Shown: positions 29,559-39,211 of the stretch, piece after piece
Position numbering within the stretch: the first letter of the stretch is position 1
Layout of the letters: each line of letters begins with the position of its first letter
NCBI GenBank assembly: GCA_934154805.1
Contig: CAKPGM010000003.1
Location: 37,323-101,322, forward strand
Reading direction: 5' to 3'
Length of the DNA stretch: 64,000 nucleotides
Source: an uncultured Clostridia bacterium
GTDB lineage: Bacteria > Bacillota > Clostridia > TANB77 > CAG-508
The notes under the pieces: generated by a model
Databases searched by the model: none
The model's input: only the letters and a program-made list of their open reading frames with translations
What the model was told of the DNA's origin: nothing
Translations under genes and position numbers: made by a program

Positions 29559-31223
29559 ATGGAAGATGTAGAAATTGCAAGAAATACCAAGTTAGAAAAT
29601 ATAACAAAAATTGCTGAAAGCATAGGAATAGAAGAACAAGAATTAGAGCTTTATGGTAAGTATAAAGCAAAAATAGACAGCAAAAACTTACTAAAAAGAC
29701 TAGAAAATAAAAAAGATGGAAAATTAATATTAGTTACATCAATTAATCCAACACCATTGGGAGAAGGAAAGACTACAATGGCAATAGGACTAGCTGACGG
29801 ACTAAAAAGAATTGGGGAAAAATCCATACTTGCATTAAGAGAACCTTCATTAGGACCAGTATTTGGAATAAAAGGAGGAGCAACAGGTGGTGGATATGCA
29901 CAAGTTGCACCAATGGAAGATATAAATCTACACTTTACAGGAGATATACACGCAATAACATATGCAAATGACTTGCTATCAGCCTTAATAGATAACCATA
30001 TTTATAATGGAAATGAATTAGGATTTGAAAAAGTTACTTGGAAAAGATGTATAGATTTAAATGATAGACAATTAAGAAAAGTAAATACAGGATTATCTGG
30101 AGAGAAAAATATTGTAGAAAGAGAAGACGGGTTTGATATTTCAGTTGCTTCTGAAATAATGGCAATTTTATGCTTATCAACGGACATAGCAGACTTAAAA
30201 AGAAGAATAGGAAACATTGTAGTAGGATACAATAAAGATGAAGAACCAATAAGAGCAAAAGATTTGCATGCAGAAGGAAGCATGACTGTACTTTTAAAAG
30301 ATGCGATAAAGCCAAACTTGGTACAAACATTAGAACATACTCCTGCAATAATTCACGGAGGACCATTTGCTAATATTGCACATGGATGCAATAGTATAAT
30401 TGCTACAAAAACAGCAATGAAACTAGCAGATTTCTGCGTAACAGAAGCAGGATTTGGCTCTGATTTAGGAGCAGAAAAATTCTTGGATATTAAATGTAGA
30501 AAAGCATCAATAAAACCAGATGCAGTGGTATGTGTTGCAACAATAAGAGCACTAAAATACCACGGTGGCCAAAGCAAAGAAGAAGTAAAACAAGAAAATT
30601 TAGAAGCTCTAAAAGTCGGGATCGAAAATCTAAACAGACATATAGATAATTTAAAAAATAAATATGGCTTAAATGTAATTGTTGCAATAAATAAGTTTTT
30701 GACAGATACAGATAGAGAAATAGAATTATTAAAAGAAGAATTAGAGAAACAAGGTGTTGAACTAAGTTTAGTAGAAAGTCATCAAAAAGGAAGTATTGGA
30801 GCAGTAGGCTTAGCAGAAAAAATAGTTAATCTAGTAGAAAAAGAAGAAAACTTTAAATACATATATAAAGATGAAGATTCAATAAAAGAAAAAATAGAAA
30901 AAGTAGCTCAAAAAATATATGGAGCAAAAGATGTAGAATTTTCTGAAATGGCAATAAAACAAATAGAAAACATAGAAAAAATGGGGTATTCTAAATTCCC
31001 AGTTTGTATAGCAAAAACACAATATTCATTTTCAGATGATCCAAAGAATTTACTGTGTAAAGAACCATTTACATTACATGTAAATGAAATAATACTAAAA
31101 GCAGGAGCTGAGTTTGTAGTTGCAATAACAGGAAAAATAATGACAATGCCAGGACTTCCAAAAGTACCAGCTGCTGAAAAAATTGACTTAGATGAAAATG
31201 GAAATGTAATAGGAATTTTTTAA
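29559..31223 (+). CDS. fhs: Formate--tetrahydrofolate ligase
   Basis: P-loop PTPLGEGKTTMAIGL, and GGYAQV. The start is reassigned to the ATG at 29559, which has RBS aggag. Confidence 0.95.
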   Translation: MEDVEIARNTKLENITKIAESIGIEEQELELYGKYKAKIDSKNLLKRLENKKDGKLILVTSINPTPLGEGKTTMAIGLADGLKRIGEKSILALREPSLGPVFGIKGGATGGGYAQVAPMEDINLHFTGDIHAITYANDLLSALIDNHIYNGNELGFEKVTWKRCIDLNDRQLRKVNTGLSGEKNIVEREDGFDISVASEIMAILCLSTDIADLKRRIGNIVVGYNKDEEPIRAKDLHAEGSMTVLLKDAIKPNLVQTLEHTPAIIHGGPFANIAHGCNSIIATKTAMKLADFCVTEAGFGSDLGAEKFLDIKCRKASIKPDAVVCVATIRALKYHGGQSKEEVKQENLEALKVGIENLNRHIDNLKNKYGLNVIVAINKFLTDTDREIELLKEELEKQGVELSLVESHQKGSIGAVGLAEKIVNLVEKEENFKYIYKDEDSIKEKIEKVAQKIYGAKDVEFSEMAIKQIENIEKMGYSKFPVCIAKTQYSFSDDPKNLLCKEPFTLHVNEIILKAGAEFVVAITGKIMTMPGLPKVPAAEKIDLDENGNVIGIF

Positions 31224-31283
31224 AACCGTAAATGTATAAATCCACCAATTCAAGGAATAATAATCTTGAAAGGTGGATTTCTT

Positions 31284-31979
31284 ATGTTAAAAAATAAAAT
31301 AAAAACTATAAACAAAAAAGCAGTAGTGATAATATCTGTTTTAATGATAATTTTTATAACATACAATGTGTTTTTTAGGAATAGCCAGGCTCAAGCCTTA
31401 TCAAAATATGGCTCTAGAGGCAATGAAGTTACACAAATTCAAACAAAATTAAAAAGATGGGGCTACTATAAAGGAAGTATAGATGGTATATATGGAAGTC
31501 AAACATTAGCAGCAGTAAAATATTTTCAAAGAAAAAATGGACTAACTGCAGACGGAATTGCGGGAACTAAAACACTTCAAGCAATGGGAATATATTCCTC
31601 TAGCAATAGTACGAGTCAAAGTACCAATAATAGTAATGTTAATTTATTGGCGCACGTAGTATATTCTGAAGCAAGAGGAGAACCGTATTCGGGACAAGTT
31701 GCAGTTGCAGCAGTTGTCTTAAATAGAGTAAAAAGCAGTTCATTTCCCAATACAATAGCTGGAGTTGTTTATCAACCAGGAGCTTTTACAGCAGTATCAG
31801 ATGGACAAATAAATCTAGAACCTAATACTACTGCATACAATGCTGCAAGAGATGCTTTGAATGGTTGGGACCCTTCATATGGAGCAATATATTACTTTAA
31901 TCCCAATACGGCAACAAATGCTTGGATTTGGTCAAGACCACAAACTGTAACAATAGGAAAACATAGATTTTGTAAATAA
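31284..31979 (+). CDS. sleB: Spore cortex-lytic enzyme / cell wall hydrolase SleB family with PG-binding domain
   Basis: PG_binding_1 (GSRGNEVTQIQTKL...GIAGTKT) and hydrolase_2 (LLAHVVYSEARGEPY). Confidence 0.85.
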   Translation: MLKNKIKTINKKAVVIISVLMIIFITYNVFFRNSQAQALSKYGSRGNEVTQIQTKLKRWGYYKGSIDGIYGSQTLAAVKYFQRKNGLTADGIAGTKTLQAMGIYSSSNSTSQSTNNSNVNLLAHVVYSEARGEPYSGQVAVAAVVLNRVKSSSFPNTIAGVVYQPGAFTAVSDGQINLEPNTTAYNAARDALNGWDPSYGAIYYFNPNTATNAWIWSRPQTVTIGKHRFCK

Positions 31980-32116
31980 AAAAATATAAAACTGATAGCA
32001 AAATATAAAATGCTGTCAGTTTTAGTATTGATTTTTTATTTTAGTTGTGGTATATATAAATAGGACTAATTTTAAGTAGACTTAAAATTAGATACAAAAG
32101 AAAGAGGGGAAAATAA

Positions 32117-33037
32117 ATGAAAAATACTTTAAGACAAAATAAGGCTATAACACTAATAGCACTGGTTGTAACAATAGTAATTCTTCTAATATTAGCAGGA
32201 GTGAGTATAAATTTAATATTAGATGATAATGGAATTATAGAGAAATCTAAAGAAGCAAAATTAGAAACAAGAGCTTCACAAGTAGAAGACGAAATAGGAC
32301 TATGGAAACAAAATAATTTTATAAGGTCAGAAACTGGAGAGAGTGCCGAAAGTATAGATGGTGTATTACAAAAGCTACTTTCAAAAAAACTATTAAATGA
32401 AGAGGAAATAGATGAAGCAAATGAAACAATAACAATAAAAAGAAAAGATGGCTCAATATTAAAAGAAATAGTATACGGGAAATTAAGAATAAAAATAAGT
32501 AAAAATCCAGAAACAGAAAAGGCAGGTTCAGTTACATTAACAGTAGAATCAGTAGACGGATTAACAGAAATAGATATTAGTCAAGGAGACGAGCAACTTG
32601 ATAATTTTGTAAATTCATTAGATGGCGAAACAAAAAAGAACATAATAAGAAATAGTATGGCGGCATGGGTAAACAAAAATGACAATTCAGCAAATTGCAC
32701 GACATTTAAAGAAGCATTAGATTATTGGCAAAGTCAAGGATGGATAGAAGAAGCGTCGCCGGATGATTATTCTCAAAAAGAAGAAAACTTTTGGACTGAA
32801 ATAGATAATCAGATGGGAATAGATGAATTCTTAAAAGAAGGAATATTACGTAATTTGTATTATAATGACAGTACTGGCATTATAGCTGGATATATAATAA
32901 CAAATCCTGATGGAGAAATTTCTGACACGTATACAGCCAATGCGAACGGCACATACCAATTTACAATAAAAGATGTAATAACAGATAAAACATATACTAA
33001 AATAGTAGAAGTAACTAATATAGACACAATAATTTAA
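32117..33037 (+). CDS. Pilin-like class-III signal peptide protein with a C-terminal domain of unknown function
   Basis: N-terminus NKAITLIALVVTIVILLILAGVS (Ala at -1). There is no inverton upstream, but a terminator hairpin at 31982-32020. Confidence 0.75.
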   Translation: MKNTLRQNKAITLIALVVTIVILLILAGVSINLILDDNGIIEKSKEAKLETRASQVEDEIGLWKQNNFIRSETGESAESIDGVLQKLLSKKLLNEEEIDEANETITIKRKDGSILKEIVYGKLRIKISKNPETEKAGSVTLTVESVDGLTEIDISQGDEQLDNFVNSLDGETKKNIIRNSMAAWVNKNDNSANCTTFKEALDYWQSQGWIEEASPDDYSQKEENFWTEIDNQMGIDEFLKEGILRNLYYNDSTGIIAGYIITNPDGEISDTYTANANGTYQFTIKDVITDKTYTKIVEVTNIDTII

Positions 33038-33235
33038 ACATAAAAAATAAGAAAGATAATGAAATAAAATATATAAGGAAATAGTACAGTAAATAACTTA
33101 CTGTACTATTTCCTTTGAATATGACTATAAAAAAAGGTTGACACAATATGTTATCTAACTATTGATTTTATAAGTAATTTGATATAAAATAAGCACATAA
33201 GTTTAAGTACAAATTTAATACGGAGATAAGATAAA

Positions 33236-34984
33236 ATGGAAAAAAGAATGAAAAAATTTAAAGGTCACGAAATGGGGACTGTTAAAGATTATAAAGAATT
33301 ATTAAATAGAGCAGTTGAGAAATACGGAGATAAAGTAGCTTTCAAATATAAAAAAGATTTAAAAGCAAAAAATCCAGAATATGTTGAACATTCATTTAAA
33401 GATTATAAAAATGATGTAACAAAACTAGGAACAGCCTTATTGGATATGGGGCTAGAGGGCAAAAAAGTTGCTTTAATAGGCAGAAATAGATATGAATGGT
33501 GTGTAACATATATGGCTGTTGCGTGTGGAAATATGATAATTGTTCCATTAGACAGAGCACTTCCAAACAGTGAAATAAAATCATTAATCTCTAGAAGTGA
33601 AGCGGAAGCGGTTATATATGACGAAAAATACGAAGAAGCATTTGATGAGATAAAAAAAGAAAATAATACAAATCTAAAATATTATATTTGTATGGATAAT
33701 CTAAATAAAAAAGATATTCTATATTATCAAGATTTGTTGAAAAAAGGAGAAGATAGTTTAGCAAACAACTACAATAAATTTGATAACATAGAAATAGATA
33801 ATAACAAATTATCAGTATTACTATATACATCTGGAACAACATCAGCAGCAAAAGCAGTAATGCTATGTCAGAATAATGTTTGTTCTAATATAAATGCGAT
33901 GCCACACTTTGTAATGATGTATGAAACAGATTCAATACTATCATTCTTACCATTACACCATACATTTGAATGTACGATTTCATTTATATATGGATGTTTA
34001 TATTGTGGAGCAACTTTAATATTCTGTGATGGACTAAAATACATATTAGATAACTTAAAAGAATATCACATTACAGTATTTGTTGGAGTACCACAAATGC
34101 TAGAATTAATGTATAAAAAATTAACAAAGGCAATAGAAAAACAAGGAAAAACAAAGCTAATAAATATAATGAGCAAACTATGTAATTTCTTGCTATTCTT
34201 CCATATAGACATCAGAAGAAAAGTGTTTAAACAAATACTAGATAATCTTGGAGGAAAGCTAAGATTAATCCTTTATGGTGGAGCACCAATGGATAAACCA
34301 GCAATAATAGGACTTTCGAATTTTGGTATATCTATAAATCAAGGATATGGATTAACAGAAACATCGCCAGTTATATCAGCAGAAACAGATCACTTCAAAA
34401 AACCTGGGGCAACAGGACTTGTAATGTGCAATGAAGAAGCAAAAATATATAATCCGAATGATGAAGGAATAGGAGAAATCATAGTAAAAGGTCCAAATAT
34501 AATGTTGGGATATTACAAAGATGAAGAATCAACTAAAGAAGCTATAAAAGATGGATGGTTCTATACTGGAGATTTAGGATATATAGATAAAGAAGGATTT
34601 TTATACATAACAGGTAGAAAGAAAGACTTAATAGTATTAAAAAACGGAAAGAATGTATATCCATTAGAGTTAGAATTCTTAATTAGTAAATTACCTTTTG
34701 TAGAGGAATGTATGGTATTTGGTATGCCAAAAGATGGAGACGAAAAAGATCCAGTAGTATCTGCAAAAATAGTATATAATGAAGAAACAATGCAACAATT
34801 ATATCCTGATAAAAAGGAAGAAGAATATAGAGATATTATCTGGGAGCAAGTAAAAGAAATAAATCAAAACTTGTCAACATACAAACACATAAAAGAAATA
34901 ATTGTAACAACAGAGCCTCTAGTAAAGACTACTACACAAAAAGTAAAAAGAGCAGAAGAAATGAAAAAAATATTAGCAAAATAA
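33236..34984 (+). CDS. AMP-dependent synthetase/ligase (long-chain-fatty-acid--CoA ligase-like)
   Basis: Motifs LLYTSGTTSAAK, YGLTETSP and GDLGYIDKEGFLYITGRKKDLI. Confidence 0.85.
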   Translation: MEKRMKKFKGHEMGTVKDYKELLNRAVEKYGDKVAFKYKKDLKAKNPEYVEHSFKDYKNDVTKLGTALLDMGLEGKKVALIGRNRYEWCVTYMAVACGNMIIVPLDRALPNSEIKSLISRSEAEAVIYDEKYEEAFDEIKKENNTNLKYYICMDNLNKKDILYYQDLLKKGEDSLANNYNKFDNIEIDNNKLSVLLYTSGTTSAAKAVMLCQNNVCSNINAMPHFVMMYETDSILSFLPLHHTFECTISFIYGCLYCGATLIFCDGLKYILDNLKEYHITVFVGVPQMLELMYKKLTKAIEKQGKTKLINIMSKLCNFLLFFHIDIRRKVFKQILDNLGGKLRLILYGGAPMDKPAIIGLSNFGISINQGYGLTETSPVISAETDHFKKPGATGLVMCNEEAKIYNPNDEGIGEIIVKGPNIMLGYYKDEESTKEAIKDGWFYTGDLGYIDKEGFLYITGRKKDLIVLKNGKNVYPLELEFLISKLPFVEECMVFGMPKDGDEKDPVVSAKIVYNEETMQQLYPDKKEEEYRDIIWEQVKEINQNLSTYKHIKEIIVTTEPLVKTTTQKVKRAEEMKKILAK

Positions 34985-35044
34985 TGAACAAGGGATGGCA
35001 GGCTTAAAAGCACCATCCCTTATTGTAACAAACAAGGAGTAAAT

Positions 35045-37150
35045 ATGTTTGAAAATATTAAAGTTGTAAAAAGAGATGGAAAAAAAGTTGATTTTGACGG
35101 AAGTAAAATAGCTTTGGCAATAAAAAAAGGATTTGACAGTGTTGCACTTGACGAAGAAGAACAAAAGTATTCTGAAAAAGATATAAACAAAGTATATAAT
35201 CTTGTAATAGAGGAAATAGGAAATCTTGGAGTTGAGAGAATAAAGATTGAGGAGATCCAAGATTTAATAGAAAAATACTTGCAACAAGAAGGATATGAAG
35301 ATGTATATACTTCATTTTCGGAGTATAGGGAAAGAAGAGCTCAGTCAAGAAAAATATTTTTTGAAGAAAAGAAACAACACAAGTTTTTAAAAGCATTAGA
35401 AGCACTAACATTAAAAAAAGAAAATAATGTTAGCCCTATGGAAATGATGATAGACTATGGAAGTACAATTTCAAAGGAATTTGCTAAGTCTTACATAGTA
35501 AAAAAGAAAGTAGCTGATGCTCAAGACTTAGGAGAAATACATATACACGATTTAAATTTTATGCCACTAGGAACAACTACATCATCACAAATAAATCTAG
35601 AGAAAATATATAATGGTGGATTTGAAACAAAAAATATACATATAAGAGAGCCAAAAGATATAATGTCTTATACTGCACTTGCAGTTCTAGTAATAACATT
35701 AAATCAAAAAGAACAACATGGATGCCAATCAATTCCGGCGTTTGACTATTATATGGCACCAGGTGTGCTAAAGACCTTTAAAAAACAATTTAAACAAACT
35801 ATAGATGATATATTAATATATACAGACTTTGATAAATTTGCAGCAACAAATGGAATTGACAGAGAAATAGAAAAACTTGAAAGCATAGATTTTGATATTT
35901 CAATTTTTGATAAATATAGCAGAGAGTCAGAACAGCTAAAAAGAGCTTTTAGAATATCTTATGATATAGCAATGAAGAAAACAAAGAAAATAGTTTCACA
36001 GGCTATGGAAGCTTTTATACACGATACAAATGTTATAGACACAAATGGAAATGAAAGAATATATCCAACAATAAATTTAGGAACAGACACCTCAGCAGAA
36101 GGAAGAATGGTAATAACTAAAATATTAGATGCCATAGACTTTGGAATAGAAAATGAAAAAGAAAGACTATCTCCACTTGTAATATTTAAAATAAAAGAAG
36201 GAATAAATTATAACGAAGAAGATAAAAATTATGATTTATATAAAAGAGCCATAGATATAGCAAGTAGAAGAAATTATCCAGCGTTTTCTTTCTTAGATGC
36301 AACATATAATAAAAAGTACTATGTAGAAAATAATCCGGATAGCGAAGTTGCATACAATTCTTCTAATATGAGAGAGATGGAAAATATTATAGATAGAGAA
36401 GGCAAACAAATAGCTTCACAAAGAGGAAATATATCATATACAACAATTAACCTAGCAAGAATAGGAATAAAAAACAGTCCAATATTAAAAGAAATGTCTA
36501 AGTCAAAAGAAAAACAATATGAAGAATTCTTTAATGAATTGGAGGACAAGCTAAACTTAGTAAAAGACCAGCTACTAGATAGATTTGAAGCACAAGGAAA
36601 TAAAAAAGCCTATGAATTTCCCTTCTTTATAAAACAAGGTGTATGGATGGATGCTGAAAAAGCAAAAGATGATGACAGAATTAGAAAAGTAATAAAGCAA
36701 GGAAGTCTTACAGTAGGATTTATTGGATTGGAAGAATGTTTAATTGCTTTAACGGGAAAGAAAAGAATTGATAGCAAAGAAACACAGAAATTAGGAATTC
36801 AAATAATAAGCTTTATGAAAAGCAAAGTTGAGGAATTTAGTAATAAATATAACTTAAACTTTTCATTAATGGGAACAGAAGATAAGGAGCTTGCAGAAGA
36901 ATTTATTGCAACAGACAAAGCAATATATGGAACCTTAAAGGAAATAACTGATAAAAACATATATACAAATTCTTTTTATATAGACAACGAATCTGATATA
37001 AAAGATAAAATAAAAATAGAAGCGCCATATCATGAATTAACAAATGGAGGACATTCTTTAACTATAGACATAACAGAAGCTAGTAAGGAAGAACTAGAAA
37101 ATATATTAAGAAACTCAAAAGAAAATAACATTGGATTTATAAAATTTTAA
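35045..37150 (+). CDS. ATP-cone plus anaerobic ribonucleotide reductase (NrdD)-like protein lacking the catalytic Cys pair and the glycyl-radical C-terminus
   Basis: ATP-cone VVKRDGKKVDFDGSKIALAIKKG. NrdD-like core GEIHIHDL...MPLGTTTSSQ, where the canonical TNCC is replaced by TSS. There is no RxxGY glycyl-radical motif and no Zn-ribbon, and only 2 Cys in 701 aa. Confidence 0.6.
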   Translation: MFENIKVVKRDGKKVDFDGSKIALAIKKGFDSVALDEEEQKYSEKDINKVYNLVIEEIGNLGVERIKIEEIQDLIEKYLQQEGYEDVYTSFSEYRERRAQSRKIFFEEKKQHKFLKALEALTLKKENNVSPMEMMIDYGSTISKEFAKSYIVKKKVADAQDLGEIHIHDLNFMPLGTTTSSQINLEKIYNGGFETKNIHIREPKDIMSYTALAVLVITLNQKEQHGCQSIPAFDYYMAPGVLKTFKKQFKQTIDDILIYTDFDKFAATNGIDREIEKLESIDFDISIFDKYSRESEQLKRAFRISYDIAMKKTKKIVSQAMEAFIHDTNVIDTNGNERIYPTINLGTDTSAEGRMVITKILDAIDFGIENEKERLSPLVIFKIKEGINYNEEDKNYDLYKRAIDIASRRNYPAFSFLDATYNKKYYVENNPDSEVAYNSSNMREMENIIDREGKQIASQRGNISYTTINLARIGIKNSPILKEMSKSKEKQYEEFFNELEDKLNLVKDQLLDRFEAQGNKKAYEFPFFIKQGVWMDAEKAKDDDRIRKVIKQGSLTVGFIGLEECLIALTGKKRIDSKETQKLGIQIISFMKSKVEEFSNKYNLNFSLMGTEDKELAEEFIATDKAIYGTLKEITDKNIYTNSFYIDNESDIKDKIKIEAPYHELTNGGHSLTIDITEASKEELENILRNSKENNIGFIKF

Positions 37151-37188
37151 GTAATAATATCGCTCAAAAGGTATGCTTTTGGGCGGTA

Positions 37189-37398
37189 TTATTTCGTTGA
37201 ACACCCAGGATTTTCAACAGCAGCGATAGTAGATAAATTAGAACCAAGAGCGGAGAAAAAATTACCGAGAACATCAATCTCATCAGGATTTAAATTCTTT
37301 GCAATAGCAACAGATAAAAGTCCTGCAAGAGCAACAAGCTCGCAACCAGATAAACTATTTAGAAAACAAGAAAACTCATGATAATCCATAAAAACCAC
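37189..37398 (-). CDS. Hypothetical small protein
   Basis: 69-aa ORF ending at a bidirectional terminator hairpin at 37160-37186. Confidence 0.4.
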   Translation of the reverse strand: MVFMDYHEFSCFLNSLSGCELVALAGLLSVAIAKNLNPDEIDVLGNFFSALGSNLSTIAAVENPGCSTK

Positions 37399-37521
37399 CA
37401 GTATATAATATGTAATTAAAAATACTATGTGAAAGAAACAAAATATTAAAAAAGTATTGCTTTTTTAAAATATAAAAAGTATAATAAGTATGAAAAGTAT
37501 AACAAAAATAAGGAGGCAAAA

Positions 37522-37725
37522 ATGGATAAGAATAAATATGTAGGAATTAGTAAGGTAGGAGAAAAAGGACAAATAGTAATTCCAAAAGAAGCAAGAGATA
37601 TGTTTGATATTAAGCCAGGAGATTCTGTAGTTGTTTTATGTGATAAGAATAGAGGAATGGCAATAGTAAAAGCAGAGAGCTTAGAACCAGCTATGGATAA
37701 ATTCATACCAAAGGGAGATGAATAG
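37522..37725 (+). CDS. AbrB/MazE/SpoVT-family DNA-binding protein
   Basis: Looped-hinge-helix motif ISKVGEKGQIVIPKEARDMFDIKPGDSVVV. Promoter TTGCTT-17-TATAAT at 37458-37486. The stop overlaps the downstream ABC ATPase start. Confidence 0.65.
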   Translation: MDKNKYVGISKVGEKGQIVIPKEARDMFDIKPGDSVVVLCDKNRGMAIVKAESLEPAMDKFIPKGDE

Positions 37726-38446
37726 TATGATAGAAATAAAAAATCTAACGAAAAAATTCAAAGATAAGATAGCAGTAAACAATATTAGCTTAACAATTAA
37801 TGAAGGTGAGCTATTTTCTCTATTAGGAACAAATGGAGCAGGAAAAACAACAACTATAAAAATGATGTCAACACTTATATTACCAACATCAGGAGAAATG
37901 AAAGTTGAAGGATACGACATAAGAAAAGATAATATGAAAATTAAAGAAATAATCAATGTTTCGCCACAGGAAACAGCAATAGCACCGAATCTGTCTGTTA
38001 AAGAAAATTTGGAGTTTATGGCAGGAGTTTATAAAATAAAAAACAAAGATGAAAAAATAAACGAGTTAATAGAAATCTTTAAGCTACAAGAAGTACTAAA
38101 ACAAAAAGCAAAAACTCTATCTGGAGGTTGGCAAAGAAAATTGTCAATAGCAATCTCTCTAATAAACAATCCTAAAATATTATTTTTAGATGAACCAACT
38201 TTAGGTTTGGATGTTATCGCAAGGAGAGAATTGTGGAGTGTAATAGAAAAATTAAAAGGGAAAATCACAATAATACTTACAACACATTATATGGAAGAAG
38301 CAGAAAGCTTATCTGATAGGGTAGGAATAATGAATAAAGGAAGTCTGATAGAAGTAGGAACACCTAAAGAACTTATAGAAAAGGCTGGAACTAAAAATTT
38401 TGAAGAAGCATTTGTTAAAATAGCAACAGGAGGTGAAGAACAATGA
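37718..38446 (+). CDS. ABC transporter ATP-binding protein (ABC-2 type)
   Basis: Walker A GTNGAGKTT, signature LSGGWQRKL, Walker B ILFLDEP. Confidence 0.9.
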   Translation: MNSMIEIKNLTKKFKDKIAVNNISLTINEGELFSLLGTNGAGKTTTIKMMSTLILPTSGEMKVEGYDIRKDNMKIKEIINVSPQETAIAPNLSVKENLEFMAGVYKIKNKDEKINELIEIFKLQEVLKQKAKTLSGGWQRKLSIAISLINNPKILFLDEPTLGLDVIARRELWSVIEKLKGKITIILTTHYMEEAESLSDRVGIMNKGSLIEVGTPKELIEKAGTKNFEEAFVKIATGGEEQ

Positions 38447-39174
38447 GAATATTAAACTTTGCAAAAAGAAATTTTAAAGAAATAATAAGAGATCCATTAA
38501 GCATAATATTTGCAATTATTTTGCCACTATTTTTATTGTTCATATTTCAACAAATAAAAATACCAAATGACACCTATAATTTAGAAAACTTTACACCAGG
38601 AATAATGATATTTAGTTTTTCTTTTATAACATTGTTCTCATCTACACTTATAGCGAAAGATAGACAAACTTCATTATTAATAAGATTAGGAATAAGTCCT
38701 ATGAAACCAATAGAATACATATTGGGATATATGATTTCTTTTATACCAGTTATACTATTGCAAGATATTTTATTATTTGTGTTAGCTATAATCTTAGGCT
38801 TTCCATTTAGCATAAATATTATATGGACTATATTAGTTTCTGTAATTATAGCAATATTATTTTTAGGAATAGGAATACTAATAGGAAGCTTAGTGTCAGA
38901 CAAAGCAGCATCAGGAATATCTAGTATAATTGTACAATTAGTATGTTTTACAAGTGGAATATACTTTCCAAAAGAACTATTAGGAAATACATATAGTAAA
39001 ATATGTGAAATATTGCCATTTGATTCAGCTTTAGTAATTATTAAAGGAATATTAAACAATAATTATGAAACAATAAAGCTACAAAACATTATAGTGTTTT
39101 GTGTATATACAGTTACATTTATAATTTTGTCAGCTATAATCTTTAAGAGAAGAATGATAAGTGATAACAAATAA
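38443..39174 (+). CDS. ABC-2 family transporter permease
   Basis: Six TM helices. Its start overlaps the ATPase gene. Confidence 0.8.
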   Translation: MRILNFAKRNFKEIIRDPLSIIFAIILPLFLLFIFQQIKIPNDTYNLENFTPGIMIFSFSFITLFSSTLIAKDRQTSLLIRLGISPMKPIEYILGYMISFIPVILLQDILLFVLAIILGFPFSINIIWTILVSVIIAILFLGIGILIGSLVSDKAASGISSIIVQLVCFTSGIYFPKELLGNTYSKICEILPFDSALVIIKGILNNNYETIKLQNIIVFCVYTVTFIILSAIIFKRRMISDNK

Positions 39175-39211
39175 GGAAATCCCACAGAAAAATAAATCTG
39201 TGGGAATACTT

